NCBI GenBank assembly: GCA_038046345.1 | Contig: JBBSWJ010000005.1 | Location: forward strand, 1 to 64,000 | DNA: 64,000 bases | Reading direction: 5' to 3' | Source of the DNA: Nanobdellota archaeon | GTDB taxonomy: Archaea; Nanobdellota; Nanobdellia; SCGC-AAA011-G17; JACPNG01 | Shown: in pieces, positions 9,782 through 20,237 of the stretch | Layout: each line of letters starts with the position of its first letter | Position numbering within the stretch: the first letter of the stretch is position 1 | The notes under the pieces: model-generated | Databases searched by the model: none | What the model was told of the DNA's origin: nothing | The model's input: only the letters and a program-made list of their open reading frames with translations | Made by a program: the position numbers and the translations under genes

Positions 9782-9821
9782 GATATCATTAAATTTAATT
9801 TGTGTTTAAAGATTATGTTGA

Positions 9822-11558
9822 TTAAACATTATTTTTTGTAATAATTCTAGCTACGAAACATAATATAAATAATACTACCACAAATGCAGCAAGAGTTAAT
9901 ACACCTGTAAGCAGAGTGCTGAGCGGTTCATTGAATAGCACAATCTTTTTGATTATTCCTTCAGATATAATAAATGGGTTATACTGGAAAATACTTCTTA
10001 AAATTCCGGGGATGCTTTCTAGTGGTAGAATTGTGTTTGAGAATAGCAATAAGATGCTTGCTACTGCGATTGATCCTAAAGTTGATGTTTCTTCACTCTT
10101 AAACATGTATCCTATAAGCATGCCAATTAGTATAAATACCATTGAGATTAGAACTAGCATTATGAATAAAGGTAGTATCAACAGCATAAATTGTGATTTC
10201 AAAAAGAAAATGCTGGCAATTAATATAATAAATAATTGGAAGAATACAAGGAGGATATTTGTAAGGAAAGTGCCGATCATGTAAAGTAGTTCACCAGTTG
10301 GGTCAATGAAGTTTCTAAAATAAGCTGGGCTTAACTTTTCTTTCATAACGACAGTGCTGCTTAATAAAATACTGATAAACATTATAACCATAACAAGCAG
10401 AGTTGGAAATAAAAAGCTTAGATGAGTGTCGCTTCCGCTTAATTTTTCGATATTAGTATTAATCGGGTTTACAATAACCCCTGCATCTGTTATTTTGATA
10501 TTACCGATCTTATTAGATAACATTCCAAGTTCTGTTTCTAGCTTTAGAAGTTCTGACTCTGCATTAACCAGTTTTTCTCTTACTGCTTTAAGCTCTTCAA
10601 CACTTATCTCACGCACAAGGTCGGCATTTGTTAGTTTGTTGCCTAATATTTCTATTTCTAATTTAACATCATCAAGTGCATCATAGACTCCTGTAAAGCT
10701 TTCATTTTGTTTTGCTTCTTTTTTTCTAATTACATCTTCAAGAACTGAAATATTTAATAAAGTTGAGTTATACTCCAAATCAAGACCACTAAACTCAGAT
10801 ACAGTTTTATCCACCTGTATTAATGATGATTTCTGAGAGTCTATAAGACTGTCAATTCGTTTTATGTTAGCTTCTATTAACGCCTTTGCATCTGAAAGGA
10901 CGGATAGCAAGTCTTTAGTTAGGTCGATGCTTAACTCATTTTTCTTTTTATTTATGATGTTATTAATCGAGCTTGATATTAAGTGTGCTAGATTAAGGCG
11001 TGATTCATCTACATAAAATATAACGGTATTATCAGCTGACCCAACATTTAAATCTGGTGGGAACGCTGTGCATATTTGAAATTCATTGAACCTGACGCGT
11101 TGTTGGCATTCTTCAACACTGTCCATTTTTACGATGGTATATAGCTCGTTACGTAATCCGTCAAGAACAGAGTTGGTTAGATCAGAGTATGATGCTGAAT
11201 ATGATGCGACTTTAAGATTATAAAGATTTGAAGAGTTAAATGCTAAACCAACTAGCAGTATAATGAGTAATGGCCCAAAGAATACTATCAGCGCAGATGT
11301 TCTTGAACGCAGTAATACCTTAAAATCTTTTTTTATCATAGTGCGTAGTTTAATGAACTTAAATTTAATATTCGGTTTCCTAATTCTTGATGCAGAAATC
11401 TTGCTGATTGGTATTGATGGTTTATCTTTTCTTTCTTCTAATTCTTCTTCTGGTTCTTCTTTCTTGTGTAGGAATGAAAAAATTCCTCTTTTTGGTTCTT
11501 CTTCAGGAATATATTCTGGTATCTCAAGTTCATCTTCGTACTTGTCTTTTGCAGCCAT
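9822..11558 (-). CDS. ABC-2 type permease with long extracellular coiled-coil region
   Basis: N-terminal TM, central heptad-rich segment, five or more C-terminal TMs; adjacent to the ATPase. Confidence 0.8.
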   Translation of the reverse strand: MAAKDKYEDELEIPEYIPEEEPKRGIFSFLHKKEEPEEELEERKDKPSIPISKISASRIRKPNIKFKFIKLRTMIKKDFKVLLRSRTSALIVFFGPLLIILLVGLAFNSSNLYNLKVASYSASYSDLTNSVLDGLRNELYTIVKMDSVEECQQRVRFNEFQICTAFPPDLNVGSADNTVIFYVDESRLNLAHLISSSINNIINKKKNELSIDLTKDLLSVLSDAKALIEANIKRIDSLIDSQKSSLIQVDKTVSEFSGLDLEYNSTLLNISVLEDVIRKKEAKQNESFTGVYDALDDVKLEIEILGNKLTNADLVREISVEELKAVREKLVNAESELLKLETELGMLSNKIGNIKITDAGVIVNPINTNIEKLSGSDTHLSFLFPTLLVMVIMFISILLSSTVVMKEKLSPAYFRNFIDPTGELLYMIGTFLTNILLVFFQLFIILIASIFFLKSQFMLLILPLFIMLVLISMVFILIGMLIGYMFKSEETSTLGSIAVASILLLFSNTILPLESIPGILRSIFQYNPFIISEGIIKKIVLFNEPLSTLLTGVLTLAAFVVVLFILCFVARIITKNNV

Positions 11559-12499
11559 TATGAAAACCTCTTTTGAGTTACTGCTTCAAAAACTTCTTCT
11601 AGTGATGGCTTTGCAAGACTTATTTCAATTATTTCTTCATTGCATCTTTTGATTGCTTGCATAACCCTGTGTAGTACTTGCTGGCCATTTGGTGTGTATA
11701 TAACAATTTTGTGTGGTTTTTTGATGATCTTGCTTATATCTGTTTGCCCAATATTTTTGATGAGTTTATCATAGTTGCCTGGCTTTGACATTATATGTAT
11801 TTCTTGGTTTTTAGAATATGCTTTTTTGATTTGATCTGGTGTGCCCATCTCAATAATCTTTCCTGTTTGTATTATAGCTATTTCAGAGCAGATTAGTTCT
11901 ACTTCACCAAGCAGATGGGATGTTATGATAATAGTAGTCCCTTCATCATTATTAATTTTTTTTATGAGTGCAAGCATTTCTTTTCTTAATACAGGATCAA
12001 GGTCTTCAGTTGGTTCATCAAGTATAAGCACTTCTGGGTTGTGGATCATTGCGCATGCGATATCTAAGCGCCTTTGCATTCCAGTTGATAAATTTTCTGC
12101 GATTGTGTCTTTTGCATAGCTTAATTCAACTAGGTTTAGTAATTCATTAATTCTTCTGTCAATTGTTTCAACTGGCATGTTGTACATAAGCCCAAAATAT
12201 TCTAAGTTTTCCTTTACTGTAAGTTTTCCGTAAAAGCTACTGCCTTGACTTGCAAAACCAAAAAGGCCCTGAATAATTTTTCTTTTGGTTTTAATTTTCT
12301 CTCCATGAAAATAAACATTGCCTTTAGTTTCTTTGTAAAAACCTATTATGATGTTTAATATTGTTGTCTTTCCGCATCCACTGAGGCCAATAAGTCCAAA
12401 TATGTCTTTGTAATAAATATCAAAGCTTACTTTATCAAGTACAAGATGTTTACCGAATTGTTTAGTTACATCCTTAAACTGTAATAGTGGCATTGCCAT
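11558..12499 (-). CDS. ABC transporter ATP-binding protein
   Basis: GLSGCGKTT; LSTGMQRRL; ILDEPT; SHLL. Confidence 0.95.
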   Translation of the reverse strand: MAMPLLQFKDVTKQFGKHLVLDKVSFDIYYKDIFGLIGLSGCGKTTILNIIIGFYKETKGNVYFHGEKIKTKRKIIQGLFGFASQGSSFYGKLTVKENLEYFGLMYNMPVETIDRRINELLNLVELSYAKDTIAENLSTGMQRRLDIACAMIHNPEVLILDEPTEDLDPVLRKEMLALIKKINNDEGTTIIITSHLLGEVELICSEIAIIQTGKIIEMGTPDQIKKAYSKNQEIHIMSKPGNYDKLIKNIGQTDISKIIKKPHKIVIYTPNGQQVLHRVMQAIKRCNEEIIEISLAKPSLEEVFEAVTQKRFS

Positions 12500-12592
12500 A
12501 TTTATAATAAACTTGAAAGTTATTTATTAAGTATTCGTCTTAATTTTAAAATAGTGAAAAAGAAATATAAATCAATAACAATAAATTAGAAT

Positions 12593-12934
12593 ATGGTTAT
12601 AGCATTTTGGATAACAACAATAATTAGTTTTGTGCTTGTGTTATTTGCTGGTCACCTGTTGATTACCCTTGTTTTGCCAAGAGTTAAAGAGCTCATGCTT
12701 CCATTAACAAAAGATGATAAGATCATAAACCCATTGATAGCAATATTGTTGTTGATTATTGTTGCTTATGTTTTAAAAGCATTTACTGAAATAATAACTA
12801 CAGTAGACAACAATATCTTGCAGTATATTCTTGTTATATCTCCGGCAGTTAATATGTTTACTGAGTTTATAATGTTGATACAGTGGATAATTGTAGCAAT
12901 AATTATAGCATTAGGATTTAAGAAAAAACTTTAA
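12593..12934 (+). CDS. small membrane protein (about 3 TM)
   Basis: Three hydrophobic segments; own intergenic region upstream. Confidence 0.6.
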   Translation: MVIAFWITTIISFVLVLFAGHLLITLVLPRVKELMLPLTKDDKIINPLIAILLLIIVAYVLKAFTEIITTVDNNILQYILVISPAVNMFTEFIMLIQWIIVAIIIALGFKKKL

Positions 12935-13074
12935 AACAAATACCACTGATAATGAATGGTTATATCAATAAATAATATTTATCTTTTTTTTAATCCTAAA
13001 CTTCTCGTGCTATGAGGTATAAGCATTTTTTAAAAACATAATTACGTATAAATTCTTTAGAAACTAAGTTAACT

Positions 13075-14106
13075 TTACCTTAATTTCCTCATCTCTCTTT
13101 TCTCAATAAATAATTTCAATAAGGCAGGGATAAAACCAGTTAAAACAAAATTCCCAAAACTGAGTATTCCATTACACTTTCCAAGACTTATAACCAAAGG
13201 TGTTCTTTTACTATGGTATTGAATTAAATTGCCATTTTTTTCTAGAGCAAAAATATTTTTTACAACTACTCTTGCCTGTCTCTCAGCATTTTGAGCAGTT
13301 TTCTCTTCTGCTCTGTTGCTTACGTCTCCAACAGCAAATATATTATCGTATCCTTCTAATTGCAGATGTTCATTTACTTTGATGAATCCCTTAGAGTTTA
13401 GCTTATCTCTAAAACTCTTTTTCATGAAATCGTAATTTGGAGTAATTCCAGTACACAAAAATGCCATATCTGTCTTTATTTCCCTTTTCTTGTTTGTGAT
13501 ATAAATATTTCCATGATTCTTTTCAACTCTCTCACCGTAAATTATCTTAACGCCTCTTCTCTGTAGAAAATTCTCTGCGTGTTTGATAGGTCTTTCATTG
13601 GTTCGTTCCATTAATCTATCTTTTGCGTGTATTATTGTTATCTTCTTATCATTGTAATGTGTGCATATTTCTGCCGCTAATTCAACTCCAACCAAGCCGC
13701 CACCAATTATGAGAACCTCTTTTGCTTTGCATAAGTTATTATAACAATCTCTAAGATGTTCTGCTCTTGTAACTTTTATTATGTCTTTTTCTTTGAAGGG
13801 AACATTGTAGCTTGAGCCAGAACAAATTACCAAGTAGTCAAAATAAATTTTCTTGTCTTCTAAGATCACATATTCTCTTGTAATATCCTGAACATAACCA
13901 ACAATTACCCTTGCTCTTTTGAGATAATGTGAATGCAAAACCTGAATTTTTCTTATATGTTCTGGTTGAACAATTGTTCTCAGAATTCCAGGAGTAAACT
14001 CAAAATAATCCTTTGAGTCTATTAAAGTAACTTCGAATTTATCCTCTAGATTTCTTGCGATATGAGATCCTGCAAAACCTCCTCCAAGTATAATTACTCT
14101 TTTCAT
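13075..14106 (-). CDS. FAD/NAD(P)H oxidoreductase, AIFM2/FSP1- or NDH-2-like
   Basis: Two Rossmann motifs GGGFAG and IGGGLVGVELAAE; NIFAVGDV. Confidence 0.85.
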   Translation of the reverse strand: MKRVIILGGGFAGSHIARNLEDKFEVTLIDSKDYFEFTPGILRTIVQPEHIRKIQVLHSHYLKRARVIVGYVQDITREYVILEDKKIYFDYLVICSGSSYNVPFKEKDIIKVTRAEHLRDCYNNLCKAKEVLIIGGGLVGVELAAEICTHYNDKKITIIHAKDRLMERTNERPIKHAENFLQRRGVKIIYGERVEKNHGNIYITNKKREIKTDMAFLCTGITPNYDFMKKSFRDKLNSKGFIKVNEHLQLEGYDNIFAVGDVSNRAEEKTAQNAERQARVVVKNIFALEKNGNLIQYHSKRTPLVISLGKCNGILSFGNFVLTGFIPALLKLFIEKREMRKLR

Positions 14107-14169
14107 TTTAAAAATTTCCTTATTTTGCTATATATAAATCTGAAGTAAGAGTTTTTTCTTCGTTAACCT

Positions 14170-14189
14170 GACGTTTACTTTACAGCTCA
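14170..14189 (+). repeat. 20-nt intergenic direct repeat, copy 1
   Basis: GACGTTTACTTTACAGCTCA, identical at 30828-30847. Confidence 0.7.
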
Positions 14190-14231
14190 GTTAATAAATA
14201 ATATTATAAAGGCAAGATTACCGAAATTTTT

Positions 14232-14870
14232 ATGAAAACTAAGAAAGGAGACTTTATAGAGCTAGATTACACAGCAAAAGAAAAAGATACTAACCGGATA
14301 TTTGATACCACAAAAGCTGACGATGCAAAAAAGTGTGGCATGTTTAATCCAAAATATCATTATACCCCCGCGAAAATCTGTATTGGCGACCTTAATGTAA
14401 TAGCTGGGCTTGATGAAGGATTAGAAAACAAAGAGCTAAAAAATGAGTTTAATGTTGAGATTCTTCCAGAAAAAGCATTCGGTAAACGTGATGCTAAACT
14501 ATTACAATTAGTGAACACATCCAAATTTACAAAACAAAATATGCGGCCATCCCCGGGGTTACAGCTTAATATTGATGGAGCTATTGCAACAATAAAAAGT
14601 GTTTCCGGTGGTAGAACATTAATAGATTTTAACCATCCGTTTGCTGGTAAAACGGTGGTTTATACTGTAATAATCAACAGGGTTATCACAAGCATTGAAG
14701 AGCAGCTGCAAACAATAGTTGATTTTCATCTGCATCCAGCGGTAAAAACTGAGATAAACGGTGAAAAAGCTGTAGTACACTATGATTGCCCTGCAGAGCT
14801 AAGAAACCAAGTAACCATAAAGATTACTTCTAAGATCCCGTCTATTAAAAGCGTTCTGTTCCAACATTAG
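14232..14870 (+). CDS. slyD: FKBP-type peptidyl-prolyl isomerase (SlyD-like, long archaeal type)
   Basis: GDFIELDYTA...FDTT; PEKAFGKRD; IDFNHPFAGK. Confidence 0.92.
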   Translation: MKTKKGDFIELDYTAKEKDTNRIFDTTKADDAKKCGMFNPKYHYTPAKICIGDLNVIAGLDEGLENKELKNEFNVEILPEKAFGKRDAKLLQLVNTSKFTKQNMRPSPGLQLNIDGAIATIKSVSGGRTLIDFNHPFAGKTVVYTVIINRVITSIEEQLQTIVDFHLHPAVKTEINGEKAVVHYDCPAELRNQVTIKITSKIPSIKSVLFQH

Positions 14871-14943
14871 TGCTTAAGTATAAATAAGCTTAAATATTCA
14901 TTTAGTTCTTTTATTAATAAATTTCTCAAAAGAGAGGATAAAA

Positions 14944-16080
14944 ATGTTTCAAGAGCAGGATAATACAGCAAGCCGGTACAATCCAGGTATAGTCGTAAAC
15001 GCACATATGCAGGAAAAAGTGCTAAAGACAACAAGTCAGATTGATGAAGAATTAGAACAGATATTGTCTTCTCATAGAGCAAAGATAAAAGTTATAGGAG
15101 CTGGTGGTGCTGGTAATAATACAATTCATAGGATGACTGAGGTCGGCATAACTGGAACCGAGACGATCGCAGTAAATACTGATGCGCAGGATCTGCTTTA
15201 TACAAATGCAATAACAAAAATACTAATTGGGAAAGAAGTATCACAAGGTTTAGGTGCGGGCAGTGTACCACAAGTTGGGGAAGCAGCAGCTAGAGAATCT
15301 GAATATGAAATAAAACAACGCCTTTCAGGAGCAGATATGGTCTTTATCACTTGTGGTCTTGGTGGCGGTACTGGTACTGGAGCTGCTCCGGTAATAGCTG
15401 AGATTGCTAAGAAGATAGGAGCACTTACTGTAGCAGTAGTAACTATCCCTTTTGAGATGGAAGGGCATAGGAGATGGGAAAACGCAATGATTGGTTTAGA
15501 AAAGCTTGAACGTATTGTGGATACTTTAATTGTTGTGCCAAATGATAAGCTGTTAGAATTAGCACCGGATTTACCATTACAAACTGCGTTTAAAGTAGCA
15601 GATGAGATATTAACAAATGCAGTAAAGGGGATAGCAGAATTAGTAACAAGAGCAGGTTTAGTAAACCTTGACTTTGCTGATATAAAAAGTGTGATGAGCG
15701 ACGGCGGGGTAGCAATGATAGGCGTGGGAGAAAGTGATACAGAAAATAGGGCTAGTGAAGCTGTTGAAAAAGCAATATCTAATCCATTACTAAATGTTGA
15801 CATAAAAGGAGCTACTGGTGCATTGATTAATGTAACTGGTGGTGAAGACATGACATTGTTAGAAGCAAAGAAAGTAGTTGAAACTGTTGCAGAAAAGTTA
15901 GACGAGGATGCAAGAGTTATATGGGGCGCTCAGATAAACAGGGATATGGAAAAAACAATTAGAGCATTATTAATTGTTACCGGAGTACACAGTCCGCAGA
16001 TACTTGGACCAGATAAGAGAATAAAAGAAAAATCTAAAAAACACATAGAAAAAGAATTAGGAATTGAATTTTTGGATTGA
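14944..16080 (+). CDS. ftsZ: cell division GTPase FtsZ
   Basis: GAGGAGNN; tubulin signature GLGGGTGTG; VNLDFAD. Confidence 0.97.
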   Translation: MFQEQDNTASRYNPGIVVNAHMQEKVLKTTSQIDEELEQILSSHRAKIKVIGAGGAGNNTIHRMTEVGITGTETIAVNTDAQDLLYTNAITKILIGKEVSQGLGAGSVPQVGEAAARESEYEIKQRLSGADMVFITCGLGGGTGTGAAPVIAEIAKKIGALTVAVVTIPFEMEGHRRWENAMIGLEKLERIVDTLIVVPNDKLLELAPDLPLQTAFKVADEILTNAVKGIAELVTRAGLVNLDFADIKSVMSDGGVAMIGVGESDTENRASEAVEKAISNPLLNVDIKGATGALINVTGGEDMTLLEAKKVVETVAEKLDEDARVIWGAQINRDMEKTIRALLIVTGVHSPQILGPDKRIKEKSKKHIEKELGIEFLD

Positions 16081-16163
16081 TAGTTAACATAAAGTTTATA
16101 TAGTTTTATATGTTTTAGTTTAGCTTGTATTGTAATAAGTATTTTAGGTCTGAGGGGTGATTA

Positions 16164-18371
16164 ATGACTAAAAGAGAGGAAAAAGAAATTGTGTACTTAG
16201 GAAAGAATCCTATCCTTCTAAACCCCGATGACTATGACCACAACATACGATATCCATTCAATGATTTTATAGAAAAAGTTATACAACAACCATCCTTAGG
16301 ATTTATTGCACACCAAAGACTAAACGCAGCGCTAAGAATGTTCGGATCAGAAATAACCAATGGTGTAAGAAAATGGAACTGGATGGGAGACCTTGTAAAC
16401 ATGCCAGGACACCCAGCAGGAGATAAAGCATTATTTGGAATTGATGAAGCTGGAAGATCAGTAATGGAATGGCTAACAGAAGCAAGTATAGACAAAGAAC
16501 AAAGAGCAAAAATGTTCCTATTCGTTGGTCCTCCAGGTGATGGAAAAACAACCATTATTGAGAACATGGCAAAAGCATTAGATGCTTATGGAACATTACC
16601 AGAAGGAGCATACCACACAATAGAAGTAGATCTATCAGGGCGTGAAGAATTATTTGGAGGAATAAATAAATTAATACTGCCATGCCATGAAAGTCCATTA
16701 AGATTTTTATCGATAGAAGAATACAAAACACTACAAGATAAATTAAACCCAAAAATCCAAACATCATGGCAGCAGTTACGACCACTAAGAGAATTAAGCT
16801 CTCCTGCAAGATGGGTTATAAACACACTTAAACAAAGCGGATTAACAAGAGAAGAAATAATAGGCAGATTAACTGCAGTAAGACTATTCCATGACGGACC
16901 AGATCATTGCATTAAAAAAACACACTATGAACCAGTACCAGAAAAAGATTTTGATTCCGAAGAAATATTTGGAGGAGAACTTTACTTGCCTAATGTTAAA
17001 ATATTTTCATCTACACATCACCCATTAGTCTATAATTATGGTATTGCCGGAAACTTTAACGGCCCAAACGCCCAAGGTGCTATGGCACATTTTTCTGAAT
17101 TATTAAAAAGAGAAGATACAATTATAAACCAGTTTTTGGACCTAATCCAAGAAGGAAGTGTTGCATTTAAAGGAAGATCAGCACCATTAGACACCGTACT
17201 ATTTGCAACATCAAACTTAGAAGATCATCGTGAAAAAACTGAAAACCCGTCATTTTCTGGTTATTTAAGAAGAAGGTTAGTAGAACAGCTAGTAAGGTAT
17301 ATAATAAGGTTAGATGATATCACAAACGCGTTAGAGAACACAGCATTTAGCAAAAATCAATTAAGAGACATGCATGTACCACCGCATTTTATACGAGAAA
17401 TATTAGGTGTAACGAGTATTATATCAACATTAGAACCATCTGAAAGTTTAAAATTCTTAGATAAAGATAAAGAAAAAAAAGCTGAAGAAGTACTTGGGGC
17501 TAGTTTAGAAAAATTAATGTTAATTTATAATTGTGAAACACCTCAAGGAGATGAAAGAGACGTCGAGGCCTTAAGAAGAGAATTAATCAGGCATACTACT
17601 GAAAAACCATTGGAACAACAAATCCAAGGAGTAAAAATTGGAGTAAATTTTAGTTTTTTTGGTGAGATGAGGAGAAGACTTAGAAGCCATGCAGAAAGCT
17701 CAGAAGCACCTGAAAGGTTTCAAGATAAAAATTATAACTCATGTGTAGGTAATATTGTTAATTTAAGATCTTTACTTGAAGACATTGTAAACAGATACCC
17801 GGCAATTAATGAAAAAACTAGAGAAAGAATACTAAAAGAAGCATTACCATTAGCATGGAGTCGTTTTAGAAAAGCACAAGCAATAGATGTTTTTGATGTT
17901 TACCTAGGAGAAGAAGGATCTGTAGTACGAGGCGCAAAATATCTTGCAATGATACATGCAACTACTGTATCAAAAGATTCCAATTACATTGATCCAATAA
18001 CACAGCAAGACGTACAGGTAGACAAAGAATTCTTAGATAAAATACACAAACATGTTAGAAATAAAGACGAATTTATTAAGTTTTTTTCAGAAGGTGTAAG
18101 ACATAGATGCGGAACAGAATTTCCAGATGTTACAAAATTATCAGAATGGTATATTAGGAATAATCGTGAGTTTAGGAGTATAATTGAAGGATATATCCTA
18201 GAATGCGTACTACCAAGTCAAATAGATGGTTCATCTACACCGTATTCTCCAGAAAATATTGAATTAACTAACAAACTAATAGAACTAAAAGGATATTGCC
18301 ACTCATGCGCACCACTTGCAATCATGGCAGCAGCAGAAAATCGTAGAATAAAAAAAAATAATAGTACATAA
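16164..18371 (+). CDS. prkA: PrkA/YeaG-family AAA+ ATPase, paralog 1
   Basis: LFGIDEA; Walker A FVGPPGDGKTT; CHESPL; YNYG...GMAHFSELLK; C-terminal GYCHSCA. Confidence 0.75.
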   Translation: MTKREEKEIVYLGKNPILLNPDDYDHNIRYPFNDFIEKVIQQPSLGFIAHQRLNAALRMFGSEITNGVRKWNWMGDLVNMPGHPAGDKALFGIDEAGRSVMEWLTEASIDKEQRAKMFLFVGPPGDGKTTIIENMAKALDAYGTLPEGAYHTIEVDLSGREELFGGINKLILPCHESPLRFLSIEEYKTLQDKLNPKIQTSWQQLRPLRELSSPARWVINTLKQSGLTREEIIGRLTAVRLFHDGPDHCIKKTHYEPVPEKDFDSEEIFGGELYLPNVKIFSSTHHPLVYNYGIAGNFNGPNAQGAMAHFSELLKREDTIINQFLDLIQEGSVAFKGRSAPLDTVLFATSNLEDHREKTENPSFSGYLRRRLVEQLVRYIIRLDDITNALENTAFSKNQLRDMHVPPHFIREILGVTSIISTLEPSESLKFLDKDKEKKAEEVLGASLEKLMLIYNCETPQGDERDVEALRRELIRHTTEKPLEQQIQGVKIGVNFSFFGEMRRRLRSHAESSEAPERFQDKNYNSCVGNIVNLRSLLEDIVNRYPAINEKTRERILKEALPLAWSRFRKAQAIDVFDVYLGEEGSVVRGAKYLAMIHATTVSKDSNYIDPITQQDVQVDKEFLDKIHKHVRNKDEFIKFFSEGVRHRCGTEFPDVTKLSEWYIRNNREFRSIIEGYILECVLPSQIDGSSTPYSPENIELTNKLIELKGYCHSCAPLAIMAAAENRRIKKNNST

Positions 18372-18377
18372 TGATAA

Positions 18378-20237
18378 ATGCTTTTTTCAGAATATGCAAA
18401 AACGGTATTGGATGCCTGGAAAACAGGAGAACCATGTACTTATTTAGAAAGTTCTTCTGAACGTATTAAAAGAATTATTACGACCGGAGCAGTAAAAGGC
18501 CAAAAGTATCCATTTGGAAGTTACCCAATATTTGAAGGAGGGAAATACCCACTTCATGGACTAAGTGATATAAAAGACTTATTTGTAGAAACAATAAATA
18601 CATGCGTAGTACTAAACAGAAGAGGGCAAACCCCACTAATACTAATGCATGGCCCACCAAGTTCTGGAAAGACATATCTCAGAAACAGACTAAACGAAAT
18701 ACTAGTTGATGATTACAAAGAACATGTAAGATACACTATAGAAATTAAAAGAGATCAAGAACCTATAAGAGACCAATTTAATGTCCAACCAATAAGCCTA
18801 CTAAGCTGCGCTGAATCATTTACACCAAGACAAATACAAGAACAATTCGCACCATTATGTGTTGCAACACCATCACCAACATCTTTGAGAAGATACAATG
18901 ACATCCTTACAAGAAGAACAAATGGAAGAAACTTAAACGATTTTGATTCAACTGAAGACTTTTTAAGATTTTTAGACGAGTATATCAACATAGTCCCAAT
19001 ATTCCCACAAAAAGGGGCTAGTTTAGACATAACAAAAGTTAATCTCAGTAGTGATGTTGAAAGAATAATACAAAATGCAAACAGAAATGTTTTACACTGT
19101 GAAATTAATGACGCAAAAATTGACAAAGACATACCTGGAGAAAATTATCAAACGCTCCTAAACTTTACTGATGGTAACCTCAATTTTCTAGACGGAACAT
19201 CAATGAAACTAGACCTAGTAATATTACTCTATACAAACTGGGCTAGAGAAGCATTCGCAGAAAGAAAACCATTAGTAGATAGATCATCAGTAATACCATT
19301 TAGAAGAAACTTATCATGGAGAGTAGAAGAAAAAATTTTAACATTTGAAGCAACAAAGTTCTCACACAGAAATTCACATGCTTTTAGAGGATTTACAAAA
19401 GCAACAGTAGCAACAAGACTTAATGGTGATATACTAAAGGATAAAGATTTATTGCGCCGCAGTATAGATGATTATGCACTTTATGAAGAAAGTAAACCAG
19501 GAATAACAAGCGATAGGATAAGAGAATTATTTACAAGAGTTAGAAAACCAATCCAACCACCTCAAGACGGGTGGTCACAAGGATTATCATTAAGAGAAGC
19601 TTTATCTGAGCTTAATGCAATAAACCCAGAAGAAGGCGAATGTTTAAGGCCTAGCGATGTTATTAAATGGTTATCAGGATGTGAAAAACTATCCCAAACA
19701 AATAAAGATCATTCAACAAATGACATAAAAAGAGGATGCATATCTGATATCGCATTTCTACGTGTAATCTTACATAATGGTAGCATTGAGCAAGTCGATA
19801 AAAAATTTAGTGAATATGACAAGGCTTATCTTGCATCAATACAAGGAAAAAAAGAAGTGTATCACGAAGGTGCAGAAAGACCAATAGAAGAAGTTATGAA
19901 AACACTTGAAGAACACCTTTGCATAACTGGGATGAGAAGCACGGTTATAGAAGCAATAAACACTTTTATGAACCTACAAGACATAACAAAAAAAAGACGC
20001 CCAACATTACGAGACATCATGAGCCTTAGCTACGCAACAAGCCTTTCTTCATTAGCTGGAACAGACACTATTATCCCATGGAAAAAAATTACAAGCCATG
20101 AAGACTTGGCACAAACAGAAAAAGAAGTTATAAGTAAATTATCATACTTAATGAGAAAATATCTAGACTGTTGCGAATTTTGCTTAGAAGATGTACTTAA
20201 AATTACGGCGGAAGAATTTGGGAGATTATCAAAATGA
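18378..20237 (+). CDS. prkA: PrkA/YeaG-family AAA+ ATPase, paralog 2 (highly divergent)
   Basis: LHGLSDI; Walker A MHGPPSSGKT; ANRNVLH; DGWSQGLSLR; C-terminal CCEFC. Confidence 0.65.
   Translation: MLFSEYAKTVLDAWKTGEPCTYLESSSERIKRIITTGAVKGQKYPFGSYPIFEGGKYPLHGLSDIKDLFVETINTCVVLNRRGQTPLILMHGPPSSGKTYLRNRLNEILVDDYKEHVRYTIEIKRDQEPIRDQFNVQPISLLSCAESFTPRQIQEQFAPLCVATPSPTSLRRYNDILTRRTNGRNLNDFDSTEDFLRFLDEYINIVPIFPQKGASLDITKVNLSSDVERIIQNANRNVLHCEINDAKIDKDIPGENYQTLLNFTDGNLNFLDGTSMKLDLVILLYTNWAREAFAERKPLVDRSSVIPFRRNLSWRVEEKILTFEATKFSHRNSHAFRGFTKATVATRLNGDILKDKDLLRRSIDDYALYEESKPGITSDRIRELFTRVRKPIQPPQDGWSQGLSLREALSELNAINPEEGECLRPSDVIKWLSGCEKLSQTNKDHSTNDIKRGCISDIAFLRVILHNGSIEQVDKKFSEYDKAYLASIQGKKEVYHEGAERPIEEVMKTLEEHLCITGMRSTVIEAINTFMNLQDITKKRRPTLRDIMSLSYATSLSSLAGTDTIIPWKKITSHEDLAQTEKEVISKLSYLMRKYLDCCEFCLEDVLKITAEEFGRLSK

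Noticed and set aside
9779-9793. 15-nt identity TTTAATGATATCATG at the starts of folA and ccdA (35433-35447)
   Set aside because: Short and AT-rich; similar GATATCAT strings occur elsewhere (39069, 42119); cannot be distinguished from chance without statistics
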